Shown: positions 1 through 10,580 of the stretch, piece by piece
Position numbering within the stretch: the first letter of the stretch is position 1
Layout: every line of letters begins with the position of its first letter
DNA from: an uncultured archaeon
GTDB lineage: Archaea > Asgardarchaeota > Lokiarchaeia > Sigyniarchaeales > SOKP01
Reading direction: 5' to 3'
DNA length: 64,000 nucleotides
Assembly (NCBI GenBank): GCA_964525635.1
Contig: CAZGJX010000001.1
Location: forward strand, 1-64,000
Made by a program: the position numbers and the translations under genes
The notes under the pieces: model-generated
Database searches by the model: none
Told to the model about the DNA's origin: nothing
What the model saw: only the letters and a program-made list of their open reading frames with translations

Positions 1-60
1 CTTTGAAAAATCATGAAATTCAAAAATTAAATGATTTCATCAAAGATCAATTAAATAAAA

Positions 61-282
61 TTAAAGAAGAACAATCTCATGTTCAACAATTATACAATAC
101 ACAAAATGAACATAATCAAATCTTATAATGATTGTATTTTTTGATTTTTTACTTACAACAACTCCTTTAGTAATTTTCCCTCTTATTCTAGTTGTCCCAT
201 GGAAAGGACATTCTATATCATTACAATCTTCTGCTTTTGTTTTCGGAGGGTTTACATTTGGAATCCCTATATTTCTACTCAT
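61..282 (-). pseudogene. rps17: 30S ribosomal protein uS17, 3'-truncated or interrupted near position 100
   Basis: MSRNIGI...CPFHG...RGKITKGVVVS...YVHFV is archaeal uS17 in its usual position after rnp1. The sequence then diverges (YCIIVEHEIVLL*) where KKY.RYE.R is expected. Confidence 0.8.
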
Positions 283-608
283 TTTTTAAACCTTTTTTTT
301 TTTTTTAAATTTCTTAATCTATTTTCAGGACGACCAATAATTTTATTTCCATCTATTTCCAAAATATATTGTTCATCATCTATGTTTTTTGGTAATTCTA
401 TTTGAAAAATATATTTTTTTTTTATATAATTTTTTATTTCCTTTTCTTTTTTGGTTATTAACATATTTTTTGTATCGTCTATAACTAAACCAATATGAAT
501 AAATTCTTCTATATCATTGGATTTTGATTTTAATTTAGCATAAATATCTAAACCAATTAAATCATGATATATCAGATATTTTGGATTAATATTCATATTT
601 TTCTTCAT
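279..608 (-). CDS. rnp1: RNase P protein subunit Rpp29/Pop4
   Basis: HDLIGL...GLVIDDTKNML...IDG..IIGRPENRL motifs; lies between rpl29 and rps17. Confidence 0.9.
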   Translation of the reverse strand: MKKNMNINPKYLIYHDLIGLDIYAKLKSKSNDIEEFIHIGLVIDDTKNMLITKKEKEIKNYIKKKYIFQIELPKNIDDEQYILEIDGNKIIGRPENRLRNLKKKKRFKK

Positions 609-801
609 TCATCACAGTAAGTACCCGTGCAATCTGTTTACGCAATATTTTAGCTTTTGCAGGATTATCTTGGAGACCTCCTCCTGTTTGCATACTATAA
701 AGCATCATCAATTCTTCACGTAAATCTGTAAGTGTTCTCATTCTTTCCTTCTCATCCATCTCTCGAATATTTTTCGCTTTTATTATACCCATTTTAACCA
801 T
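586..801 (-). CDS. rpl29: 50S ribosomal protein uL29 (true start possibly 792)
   Basis: IREM...LTDLREELM...NPAKAKILRKQIARVLTV. Confidence 0.95.
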   Translation of the reverse strand: MVKMGIIKAKNIREMDEKERMRTLTDLREELMMLYSMQTGGGLQDNPAKAKILRKQIARVLTVMNEEKYEY

Positions 802-826
802 TCACATTTAATAGTATTTATTATTT

Positions 827-1633
827 TTATTCTTTATTCTCCTCATTTTCCTCATCAGGTTCTATAGAAACCTCTGATATTTCTTCTTCATCTATTTCAT
901 CAATTAATGCCTGGTCCTCATCAGACATTTTATCTAAGCTCTCTTCAATAAGATAATCTCCATCAGCTAATTTTTCTGCTTTTGATTTTGGTTTCTTTGA
1001 TTTGATTTCTTTTTGTCGTTTAGCTAATAATTCATTTTTAACTTTTATTTCATCACCAGTATAATGATTTGCATGGAAAATCTTTACAATAACCCCCAAA
1101 GTGCCAGATTTTTGGATACATTGAGCTACTCCTTTATCAACTGCCATTTGTGCAGAATATCCGCTCTTTTTCATTGTTCCCGCTCTAAAGATCTGTGTTC
1201 GTGCTCTTTGAGAAGTCACCTTTCCAGAGACTCTAATTTCAACTCCTTTAACACCAGAATCCATAATACGTCGTAAAATATAATATCCAGCTCGCCGATA
1301 ATGTCTACCTCTATCCAATGAATAAGCTAATCTTTCTGCCATAATTTGTGCATCTAAGCTTGGATCTTTGACCTCTTCTACTTCAATTTGTGGCATTTCA
1401 AGGCTGAATTTTTCTTCTAGAGTTTCTGTGATTTCTTGGATTCTTTTACCACTTTTACCGATAACTAATCCTGGTCTAGAAGTCTTGAGGGTGATACGGA
1501 CTCCGAGTGGTGTTTTCTGCAAGTCAATACCCGCAAATCCCGCACGTACTAATTCAGATCGCAGATATTCATTGATTTGCATTAGTTTAATTCCTTGTTC
1601 AATGAAGTGTTTACTTAAAGGCGTTGTTCCCAC
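827..1633 (-). CDS. rps3: 30S ribosomal protein uS3 with acidic C-terminal tail
   Basis: KH domain RPGLVIGKSG, LDAQIMAERLA, YRRAGY, GVEIRVSGK. Confidence 0.97.
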   Translation of the reverse strand: MGTTPLSKHFIEQGIKLMQINEYLRSELVRAGFAGIDLQKTPLGVRITLKTSRPGLVIGKSGKRIQEITETLEEKFSLEMPQIEVEEVKDPSLDAQIMAERLAYSLDRGRHYRRAGYYILRRIMDSGVKGVEIRVSGKVTSQRARTQIFRAGTMKKSGYSAQMAVDKGVAQCIQKSGTLGVIVKIFHANHYTGDEIKVKNELLAKRQKEIKSKKPKSKAEKLADGDYLIEESLDKMSDEDQALIDEIDEEEISEVSIEPDEENEENKE

Positions 1634-1961
1634 CGTATAATTTTATTTCAAACATTTATATTTTTCAAATTTGTAATTTTTTTTTGCACTATGTAATGTG
1701 GAAAGTGATATATTCAATTTTAATTTTATGATGGGAGATGGCAAAAAACCAGATGGGAAAGGGAAAATTTAAAAGGAATTATGTGAAAAAATAATTGAAA
1801 ATAGATGAAGAGTTAAATTAGGGAATTTGTCTAAAATAGCGGATTATGTGCTATTTATCTTCAAATTATCAATTAATGATAAATTACTGTACTTGAAAAA
1901 TTATAGAATTAATCTTGAAAAATAATATTGGATAGATAAGAAAAAAAAAAATTAAATATAT

Positions 1962-4214
1962 CTAAATTACTTCGTAAATGAAATTAGAATAATAAGAACC
2001 TGAAATTGTCTCCTTATGATAAATATCACATCCTCCCATAACACTTTCATATTCACAAGTCCAGATATTTACAGACCATCCAACTTGTATTTGATAAGCA
2101 CCAATAGGAGTTTCTGTGTAGGTATCCTCAATTACATCAGTACTCACAGTTACATTTGTAAATCTTTTTGGTATAGGTTCAATGCTATTTCCCCAACTAG
2201 AATGTCCGATTTCCCAATATGAACTATAATATCCGGGTTCAATTGGTTCTGATGCCCACCATGCATTATTGTATTCAGGATCTCCAATCCAAGTTAATCC
2301 ATAATTGATCCATCCAATCCACTCACCTATATATGGAGCCATACTGGCAAATTCCAAATTAAGCTCTAAGAATTTCATGGTCCAATATGCAATCTTATCT
2401 TCATGCCCTATTGCTGTATTCGATGATTCAACATAACCAGGAATACCATCAGGTGGTACATATATATTTCCAAATTGATCTATTATTTTATAATCCATTG
2501 AAACAGAATGAATATAATCAAAACAAGTACCAAACTTAAGTCCATCATTCGGTGTAATATCATAATAAGTAGTATTTTTATCAAGTTGAATCGTTATTAC
2601 AGACCTATAAGAGAAATCATTTCCATTCAAAACTTTACCATCATCTCCATTCTCTACACCATATGCAGGTTTCATGTTAAATGTAATATGTGCATTATTC
2701 GCTTCTTCTCCGAAAGTATGCAACATAGCAGGGGTATGAATTGTCCCATCTTCATAAATTAAATTTTCACTGAAATCAATTCCTCCGACTTTTAGATGTT
2801 CCAATGTAAACGCACTATTATCGGTTATAAATTCTTGAGTATCTATATTAAATGCATAAGATATCTCAATTTCAATTTGATGACCACAGGGGGGTTTTAA
2901 TACATCTAAATCAATGAATCCATTAATAAGATTATAAGTCCATTCGCCGCCATCAGTATGAACGAAAATACCGTCAACATAGAAATCTAATTGAATATAA
3001 ATTCTAGCAGGAATATCTTTAGAAATCCCCCAATATATTCGAGGTTTAATATTAAAAAACTCCACTGTCTGCATTACATATCCAAGTCGAGAACTTTCCA
3101 AAGCAGGAAAGGCTCTATTAATTGATCCTATTAAAGATTTAGCAACAGATACCATAGATCCTTCTGAAGTAGTATAGACACCATCAATATATAAATCCAC
3201 TTTAAGATAATAGATCTCTTCTTGATTAAATGGTCCCGTAACATATTCCTGAGAACCAATACCATTTTTTGTTACAATAAGCGTCCAATCATCATCATCT
3301 TCAAATTTCATTAAAAGCCTTGATTCATAAGGCTCAACACCCTCTTTAGGATTCACTTTCCAAGTTATGAGAGTTACATCACCTTGCAGGAGGAGATATG
3401 GATTTGCTTTGAGGTCATACAAACTTTCTCGAACCTCAAAAACTCTACTCTCATAAGTTCGAACATGATATGGTCCCAATTCTTCGAGAAGTTGACCATC
3501 TGGATAGGAAAATCTTATAAGAGCATATTGTTTTACAATGATCGTATAATATCCTCCTTTTGATATGATATAATCATAACTTTTCTGACCTAATCCTTCT
3601 ACAGTACCGATATATTCTGTCTCTCCATCATCATTTTTCAAGTAGAGTTCAGAATAATATTCGGAGTATCGATATGTTTCATCATTAAGCTCTTCTACAG
3701 CTTGCCATGTAATAGTTAAACTCTCTCCTTCATAAATGCAAATAGGAGAAATATGAACTCTATATACCTGCACTTCATTACTCTGTTCAGTAGCAACATC
3801 CCAGCATCCTTTAATTATAGTATAACTGCTTCCTCCGTTATATAGAACTTTTGCATAAGCATATTCTCTCACTTCGAATATATAAGTCCCATGCTCCTCT
3901 ATTAAGATATTCTTAGTTCTATCATAAAGGCCAGATATTTCTCCTTTAGATTCCCAATCTCCACCATCTTTACTCTGCCATATCTCGGATTTATAAGCTC
4001 CATAAGACCAGTCACCATCATTTGGTAAGGCTATCGCAGTCCATTTGACAGTGACCTCTTCTCCTTCATAAATAGGAGTAGAGCTTGCGGTAACGTTCAA
4101 ATCACCACCCACAGCTGAAGCTGGTGTTCCAAAATTGACAATAAAAACCGCATTAATTACAAATATGGCTAAAAACAATTTAGCCGAAATTTTTTTAAGT
4201 TTTTGTTTTTTCAT
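1962..4214 (-). CDS. Secreted/surface protein with repeated beta-sandwich-like (Ig/Fn3-like) modules
   Basis: Lys-rich plus hydrophobic signal peptide ending ASA; repeated IYEGE.(V/L)T(V/I).W.A units; Tyr/Trp-rich, beta-strand-like composition. Confidence 0.6.
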   Translation of the reverse strand: MKKQKLKKISAKLFLAIFVINAVFIVNFGTPASAVGGDLNVTASSTPIYEGEEVTVKWTAIALPNDGDWSYGAYKSEIWQSKDGGDWESKGEISGLYDRTKNILIEEHGTYIFEVREYAYAKVLYNGGSSYTIIKGCWDVATEQSNEVQVYRVHISPICIYEGESLTITWQAVEELNDETYRYSEYYSELYLKNDDGETEYIGTVEGLGQKSYDYIISKGGYYTIIVKQYALIRFSYPDGQLLEELGPYHVRTYESRVFEVRESLYDLKANPYLLLQGDVTLITWKVNPKEGVEPYESRLLMKFEDDDDWTLIVTKNGIGSQEYVTGPFNQEEIYYLKVDLYIDGVYTTSEGSMVSVAKSLIGSINRAFPALESSRLGYVMQTVEFFNIKPRIYWGISKDIPARIYIQLDFYVDGIFVHTDGGEWTYNLINGFIDLDVLKPPCGHQIEIEISYAFNIDTQEFITDNSAFTLEHLKVGGIDFSENLIYEDGTIHTPAMLHTFGEEANNAHITFNMKPAYGVENGDDGKVLNGNDFSYRSVITIQLDKNTTYYDITPNDGLKFGTCFDYIHSVSMDYKIIDQFGNIYVPPDGIPGYVESSNTAIGHEDKIAYWTMKFLELNLEFASMAPYIGEWIGWINYGLTWIGDPEYNNAWWASEPIEPGYYSSYWEIGHSSWGNSIEPIPKRFTNVTVSTDVIEDTYTETPIGAYQIQVGWSVNIWTCEYESVMGGCDIYHKETISGSYYSNFIYEVI

Positions 4215-4455
4215 TTTTCATCATTTTTTTTGTTTGTTTTATTATCCCTTATAAGGGTTTAATTTGAAAAAAGCCAAATTTATTTATAATATTTGAGGCA
4301 CACTTTTTGAACTATTCAGAACAATTTTACATACATTTCTGATAAATTGATTTCTCCTTCAATTTAAAAATAAATTAAAAAAAAAATATATTTAAACATA
4401 ATTTTTAGAGAAGTTAAATAAAAAAGGATTTATTATACACTTAGATATATTGATA

Positions 4456-6723
4456 TTAAATAACAATCTCATCCTCAACCGAATAAAGTCTTAAATTGCG
4501 ACCTTCTTTATGTGTTTTAATGAGATTATTATTTTTTAATTTATTAATATGGTAATTTAATGTTGTCATTTTTAAATCTAAATTATTCGCAATGGTAGAT
4601 GGAATTATCCCGGGATTTTTTTCGATTAACTCTAATATCTCTATTCTTAACTTTGATTTCATTAAGATTTTACTATAATTATTTGATTCTATGTTATCAA
4701 TACGTGAGAAATATGAGTTATATTGTCCTATTGGTTTTTTTCTAATAATACGAAATTCGATCAAGACTCTCAAATGCCATCGTAATTGCCCTGATTGTAA
4801 AAAACATTCCCTTAATAATTCTTGAAAATGAATTCCTGGATTTTCCAAGATTGTCTGAATTATTTTTTGGCGATTTTTATTTTCAAAAATCTTTTCAAAT
4901 TTTAATTTTCTATGAACGACAAGTTCCTTGTTCGTCGTTTTTAAATATGATTTATATTCTTTTAAAGAAATAACCAGAGATAGAGAAATTAATAATAAGA
5001 TTATAATGGCTAATATCAGTAAAAAATAAGGTAAGAGAAAAATAAAAGGATCATCTGCTATTTCCTTAATTCCTCTTTTCGTGTTATTATCAATTTGGTA
5101 AATCTGAACGGAGATAAGAGAAACATTCAAAGAAAAATTACAAATATCAATTAAAATTTTTTTTTTAAGATAATTTTTTATTTTTCTCTTTGAATCTCTT
5201 TCCAAAAATAATAAAAATGCTATACTAATTAAGATCAAGATACTAAAAACTATGGTAATAAAAATAGAATCTATTAAAGGAGGTTCTTCTATAATAGAAT
5301 ATGAGAAATAAATATTCATAATCTCCTGGTCGAACCCCCAAATGCCAAATGTATGATCTTCCCAAACCATATAAATATTTCCAGAAGTATCTGCAGCAAT
5401 GTAGGGATTTGTACTATCTCCATCATTCCATCTTGATTCATCATCCGAGATTTCAGTTACATTCGACCATCCAACACCTATTGTATAATTTACATACATA
5501 ATTTCACTATCAGTTCCCCAAATTCCATCAGTACCTTCACTCCATATCACATAAACTATCCCAGAAGTATCCACTGTAATTGAAGGACCTAGACTAGTAC
5601 CATCATTCCAATAAGATCCATTATATCCATCTGAGAGTACAGTTGCATTAGACCATCCTATTCCTTCAATATAAGAAGCATACATTATTTCTAAATCCAA
5701 TAACCCCCCGCCCCATATACCAAATGTATCATCATTCCATACCACATGAACATTCCCAAAAATATCCACTGTAATTGATGGTTCTGCACTAGAACCATTA
5801 TTCCAATAATAATTATTGAAACCATCTGAAGGCACTGTTACATTCGACCATCCAACACCTATTGTATAATTTACGTACATAATCTCATTATCGGTTCCCC
5901 ATATTCCAGAGGTCCAATCAGACCATACCACATGAATATTTCCAGAAGTATCTACTGTGATAGAAGGATCTTGACTATTATCATCATTCCAAAAGAAATT
6001 ATTATACCCATCTGAGATTATTGTAACATTCGACCATCCAACACCTATTGTATAATTTACGTACATAATCTCATTATCGGTTCCCCATATTCCAGAGGTC
6101 CAATCAGACCATACCACATGAATATTACCGAGATTATCAATAGTAATAGAAGGATTAACACTATTACCATCATTCCAAAAGAAATTATTATAACCATCAG
6201 AGATTATTGTAACATTAGACCATCTAACACCTATTGTATAATTTACGTACATAATCTCAGAATCATCCCCCCAAATACCCGAAGTAGTATCAGTCCATAC
6301 CACATGAACATTTCCCAAAGTATCAACAGCAATAGAAGGATTATTACTATAATTATTATTCCAATAATATTCATTATACCCATCTGAGATTACTGTTGCA
6401 TTAGACCACCCTATTCCATCTATATAAAACGCGTACATAATTTCTGTATCAGGTAGTCCGCCACCCCATATTCCAGATGTCCAATCAGACCATACTACAT
6501 GCATATTTCCAAAATCATCTACAGTAATAGAAGGTTCTTGACTATTACCATCATCCCAATAACTCCCATTAAATCCATCTGAGATTATACCTACATCTGA
6601 AGCGATTATAGCATATCTATTAAGGTTTTTATTTTGAATTAAATTTCCAATTTGAAATGTGAATACATTAAATAGACACAAAAGACCAATAATGGAATAA
6701 TATTTTAGATAAGATTTTTTCAT
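4456..6723 (-). CDS. Membrane-anchored protein: signal peptide, 7 repeats of about 62 aa (beta-propeller), TM helices, tandem winged-HTH
   Basis: Seven PSI.VD..GN.HVVW.D...G.WG.D.EIMY repeats; hydrophobic segments; C-terminal NRQKIIQTILENPGIHFQEL...LRWHL and IEKNPGI...TLNYHINKL wHTH pair. Confidence 0.8.
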   Translation of the reverse strand: MKKSYLKYYSIIGLLCLFNVFTFQIGNLIQNKNLNRYAIIASDVGIISDGFNGSYWDDGNSQEPSITVDDFGNMHVVWSDWTSGIWGGGLPDTEIMYAFYIDGIGWSNATVISDGYNEYYWNNNYSNNPSIAVDTLGNVHVVWTDTTSGIWGDDSEIMYVNYTIGVRWSNVTIISDGYNNFFWNDGNSVNPSITIDNLGNIHVVWSDWTSGIWGTDNEIMYVNYTIGVGWSNVTIISDGYNNFFWNDDNSQDPSITVDTSGNIHVVWSDWTSGIWGTDNEIMYVNYTIGVGWSNVTVPSDGFNNYYWNNGSSAEPSITVDIFGNVHVVWNDDTFGIWGGGLLDLEIMYASYIEGIGWSNATVLSDGYNGSYWNDGTSLGPSITVDTSGIVYVIWSEGTDGIWGTDSEIMYVNYTIGVGWSNVTEISDDESRWNDGDSTNPYIAADTSGNIYMVWEDHTFGIWGFDQEIMNIYFSYSIIEEPPLIDSIFITIVFSILILISIAFLLFLERDSKRKIKNYLKKKILIDICNFSLNVSLISVQIYQIDNNTKRGIKEIADDPFIFLLPYFLLILAIIILLLISLSLVISLKEYKSYLKTTNKELVVHRKLKFEKIFENKNRQKIIQTILENPGIHFQELLRECFLQSGQLRWHLRVLIEFRIIRKKPIGQYNSYFSRIDNIESNNYSKILMKSKLRIEILELIEKNPGIIPSTIANNLDLKMTTLNYHINKLKNNNLIKTHKEGRNLRLYSVEDEIVI
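5330..6600. repeat. Intragenic tandem repeat with a period of about 186 nt
   Basis: 5841-5940 and 6027-6126 are identical over 100 nt; more diverged copies flank them. Confidence 0.9.
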
Positions 6724-7007
6724 ATTAAACTTTCCTAAGATAAAATTATTTAATTTTACGTATTATATCATAAGTCATATTAAATTCCAGAATCTTTTTT
6801 TTAATTATTAATTAAATTTTATATTTCTTAAGAATTCTCTATTGCAATGTACTTATTTTAGATAAATCTTTTAATTTTGTAGTCTTTTCTTAAAAATTGG
6901 TTTCTATGAAGATAGAATGCTACTATTATATTGTATTTTACGTTATTATTTATATAATTTCATTAAATTTTTGATAGAAAAAATGTTTTTTTAAATCTTA
7001 TTTTTAT

Positions 7008-8072
7008 TTAAATCTCTGATTGAAAGGGTTCTAATTTAAATTTTTCAATTACTTCAGATTTTAGGAAATTATATTCAAGAATCACATGTCTTCGTTCTAG
7101 TTTACCATCCATATAATTTTTTATATAACTAATAATTTTTTTATTGTCTTTTCCATAAGATCCTGTAGCAAATTTTAATCCATTTCCTTTAGGATCAATT
7201 GCTAATTCCATAGTCTTCGAATATATGAAAACAGCTATACCTTTTCCTTGATATTCTTTATCAACAACCAAATGTTCAAAAGAAACAGAATTTAAATTTC
7301 CATTCTTATCTTTCATAAATGGATTAGGTGCCATATGTCCTGTAGCTACAATTTTATTAGTTGGTTTATATTTCACAACCCACACCATATAGCTTTTACC
7401 ATGATCAAAAATATAATCAAATAATGTTTTAACATTTTCTGGAGTATTAGGAGTTATTTGGCTATAATCTGGCATATTATTCATATGCAATTCAATCATT
7501 CTTGGTAAATATTTTTTCAATGTTTCTCTATTTACATTAATATATTCAAATTCATCAAAATTAAGTTGAAGTTTTTCAAGATCAAATCTATTTAATTTCG
7601 CTAAATATGTATCCTCAACATACTTTACATAAAATCCATTTTTCAATAAAATTTTTTGATAAAGTGGAGGATTAATGGGTTTTCCAATCCAAATTTGCTT
7701 ATTACTACCTTCTTCCATGAAACCAAATCCAAAAATAATAATCGGAATATTAACGGGGCCCCTTATTAATTTATACTCTTTTTCTCGCGCAAATTCAATC
7801 AATGTATTTGTTAGAAATTGAATCTTATCTTTAGAGTGATTTAAAATCCCAAAGAATCCAAAAAATAGAATTTCATTATCACTAAAAAGGATTGTAATTC
7901 CTACTACCTGCTTGTTCTCCTGCATTAATAATGCCTTGACATTATAATTCATAAAAGTTTCATAAATATATTTGTTAAATTCAGGTAGAATAGGAATCTT
8001 TATACCAATTTGCAAATTGTTCAAGATTTTTCCGATATTTTCTTCAAGTACAATTTTAAAATTTGACATCAC
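7008..8072 (-). CDS. GNAT-family N-acetyltransferase
   Basis: FFGFF, IRGP, NPPLY and acetyl-CoA motif VVDKEYQGKGIA. Confidence 0.75.
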   Translation of the reverse strand: MMSNFKIVLEENIGKILNNLQIGIKIPILPEFNKYIYETFMNYNVKALLMQENKQVVGITILFSDNEILFFGFFGILNHSKDKIQFLTNTLIEFAREKEYKLIRGPVNIPIIIFGFGFMEEGSNKQIWIGKPINPPLYQKILLKNGFYVKYVEDTYLAKLNRFDLEKLQLNFDEFEYINVNRETLKKYLPRMIELHMNNMPDYSQITPNTPENVKTLFDYIFDHGKSYMVWVVKYKPTNKIVATGHMAPNPFMKDKNGNLNSVSFEHLVVDKEYQGKGIAVFIYSKTMELAIDPKGNGLKFATGSYGKDNKKIISYIKNYMDGKLERRHVILEYNFLKSEVIEKFKLEPFQSEI

Positions 8073-8133
8073 AATAACCTCATTTAGTTTATTTCTTTAT
8101 AAAGAAAAAAATATTGTACTTTTTAATATTTAA

Positions 8134-9033
8134 TTGGAAATAAAGTTCATGTCTAAGTCTGACATAAATCAAATGGAACTCAAGAAAAAGAAATATAAAT
8201 TTCTGCTCTCTTCAATTTGTATTGTATTAGCTATTTCATACACTTTATTGATATATTTTACATATTCAATAATAAGTGGGGCATATCAAACAGATGGTTT
8301 ATTAGCTACAATAACTATAATCTTTAGAATTTCTATTTTGGTATCATGTACCTTCTATTTATTACACAAATGGTTCAGACAAGAAGCAATCTATCCATCA
8401 GATGCTTATTTTCTCTTTGCATTATTTTTCATAATTTTAATTATGGGAAAAGGGATAGATTTATATATATCACTTATTTTTCTCAATGAGACCTTTGACA
8501 TCAATTATCTATTAGTGTTCTTTAAATTACGTTATATTATAATTATAATCAATGCATTACCTTTACTATATCTTGGTTTAGAGGTTATAATAAACATATT
8601 TGATGCTTATGTAAAGAATATTTCAAAACAAAAGTCTAACACATTAAAAATTGCTATAATCTTTGCTTTTTCTTTCGTAATCACAGCTTTTATTCTATTT
8701 TCTACTTCTCTTCAATTGATCCTTAATGTATTGCCTATTGTTACTACATTAACTATGATAGGTATAATTATTTTATTTGTGATGATGTATAGAATTAAGC
8801 GTCTTTCTCAAGCAAATGGTTTAATCATAGGATTAGGTTTTATTCTAGTTGTTATATCTTCTATTTTTAGACCCTCCCTTACAAAAGATTTAGATATATC
8901 GGTGTTAATTCTAGCAGAATTAATTGATCAAGCAATTTATATTCTTATATTTGCTGGATTCATTAAGAAACCACCATATGCTAAGCAAACTTATATTGAA
9001 GTAAGAAAGAGTGAGGTAAAAGAAGTTTTCTAG
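8134..9033 (+). CDS. Multi-pass membrane protein, function unknown
   Basis: About 8 hydrophobic segments. Confidence 0.7.
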   Translation: MEIKFMSKSDINQMELKKKKYKFLLSSICIVLAISYTLLIYFTYSIISGAYQTDGLLATITIIFRISILVSCTFYLLHKWFRQEAIYPSDAYFLFALFFIILIMGKGIDLYISLIFLNETFDINYLLVFFKLRYIIIIINALPLLYLGLEVIINIFDAYVKNISKQKSNTLKIAIIFAFSFVITAFILFSTSLQLILNVLPIVTTLTMIGIIILFVMMYRIKRLSQANGLIIGLGFILVVISSIFRPSLTKDLDISVLILAELIDQAIYILIFAGFIKKPPYAKQTYIEVRKSEVKEVF

Positions 9034-9214
9034 TTTTTTTTCTACATTTAATTCTAAATATTATTAAATTTTTTTTTTCTGGTATTATTTTATCTTTTAT
9101 AATATATATCAAAATTACTAATTTTATTCAGTCTTATTATTTATTTTATTTAAGAGATTATATATACTTACTTTATTCTTCCATAACTTAATGGATATCT
9201 TTTCCCCTTTATTT

Positions 9215-9240
9215 AGATTATGAGATTATTCTCATAATCT
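9215..9240. terminator. Perfect 11-bp inverted repeat between convergent genes (terminator or operator candidate)
   Basis: agattatgaga-ttat-tctcataatct. Confidence 0.3.
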
Positions 9241-9372
9241 CTCCTTCTTTTTCCTTACTTAATATATGAAACAAATTCAAAAAATAATAATCAAAATCCT
9301 ACCTATCAAATTATCTATACAATTAAATAAAGATTTCAAAAAAAAGAAAGAATTAATTTGGTTGATATTAGA

Positions 9373-9852
9373 TTAGCTTGGGAATTCATGAATTACCATT
9401 TCTACGTGAGTTAGATATTTAAAATGAGATGATGATCTACCCATAGCTCGTTCAATATAACGTTTAATTATTCTTCCTCTTTGAGCTGCTGCATGAATGA
9501 TTCGACATAACTCTAGGTCCAATCCTTTATATTCAGCATTAGCTTCTACTTGGGTGAGGATCTCATAAATTCTTGCGGCAGCTTTCCGAGGATATCTTCC
9601 CGCATACCACTTGAATTGTTTTAAATCCTTTCTATGTGCTTGTTTCTTTTTATATCTTCGAAACGGTACGGATTGTTCAAGACTAATAACTTTTTCTAAG
9701 AAATTTTTTGCTTCTTCAAGTTTCATTCCTTTAATAACAGCACATATCTCTCTTGCGTGTTTTGGTTTTATTCGCAAATCTCTACCCGCAGCTTTTGCAA
9801 GTCTTTCTGCATCATATTTCTCTTCAACAAATGAGTAGCCCCACTTTGGCAT
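9373..9852 (-). CDS. rpl22: 50S ribosomal protein uL22
   Basis: KHAREIC..IKGM, VPFRRY, GRYPRKAA, RAMGRS, THVE. Confidence 0.97.
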   Translation of the reverse strand: MPKWGYSFVEEKYDAERLAKAAGRDLRIKPKHAREICAVIKGMKLEEAKNFLEKVISLEQSVPFRRYKKKQAHRKDLKQFKWYAGRYPRKAAARIYEILTQVEANAEYKGLDLELCRIIHAAAQRGRIIKRYIERAMGRSSSHFKYLTHVEMVIHEFPS

Positions 9853-9888
9853 GTTTAATTCCTCTTGATTTATTTATTAATATAATAA

Positions 9889-10383
9889 TTACTTCAATGG
9901 AACATATTTGGAACTTCGAGTAGCACCAACACCAGGAGAGCCATGTGATATTTTTTTTCTAGTTAATGAAAATTCACCAAGATAATGACCAATCATGTCA
10001 GGCTTAACTTCAACAACCTCAAAAGATCTTCCATTATATACTCCAATTTTAAGACCTACCATCTCTGGAAATACCAACATATCTCGTACGTGCGTTCTTG
10101 TGAGAAGATCCTTACCCCTTTTTTTAGCTCTATATGATCTTCTTAATCTTTCAAGTAATTTTTTTTGTCGTGGTGGAAGCCCACGTTTTAAAGAGCGTCT
10201 TGCTCGAGCAGGTAATAATTGAATGAATTGATCCATGTTCATTTTTTTAAGATCATCCAAGGTATGTCCTCGATAATGAAATTTTAATTTGTCAAGCTCT
10301 GCTTCAGTATCAATTTCATCTTCTGATGAATCGTCTAATTCCTCTTTATTTTCCTCTTCATTTGGTTCTTCGTTTGGAGCCAT
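9889..10383 (-). CDS. rps19: 30S ribosomal protein uS19 with acidic N-terminal extension
   Basis: [39 protein letters not shown]. Confidence 0.97.
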   Translation of the reverse strand: MAPNEEPNEEENKEELDDSSEDEIDTEAELDKLKFHYRGHTLDDLKKMNMDQFIQLLPARARRSLKRGLPPRQKKLLERLRRSYRAKKRGKDLLTRTHVRDMLVFPEMVGLKIGVYNGRSFEVVEVKPDMIGHYLGEFSLTRKKISHGSPGVGATRSSKYVPLK

Positions 10384-10580
10384 TATTTATCAAATCTTAC
10401 TGTTCCAATAAGTTTAATTATATTATTTTTTTTTTAATTTAATTATACTAATGTGGATTAGATTAGTATTATATAATTTTTTAATTTTATTGATTTTATT
10501 TGAAACGATAATTAAAAATTCAAAAATGATGTATAAAAAAGAGAAATTTTTTAAGTCTTATTTAGAGAGTTAATTAAAAT

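Noticed and set aside
1728-1772. Purine-rich gatggg repeats / 14-codon ORF upstream of rps3
   Set aside because: Too short to support as a gene or RNA; it may be only a leader or promoter element.
5330-6600. Repeats as a CRISPR array or DGR template/variable pair
   Set aside because: The period is 186 nt, in frame and protein-coding. There is no spacer structure, cas gene or reverse transcriptase, and the differences are not adenine-specific.
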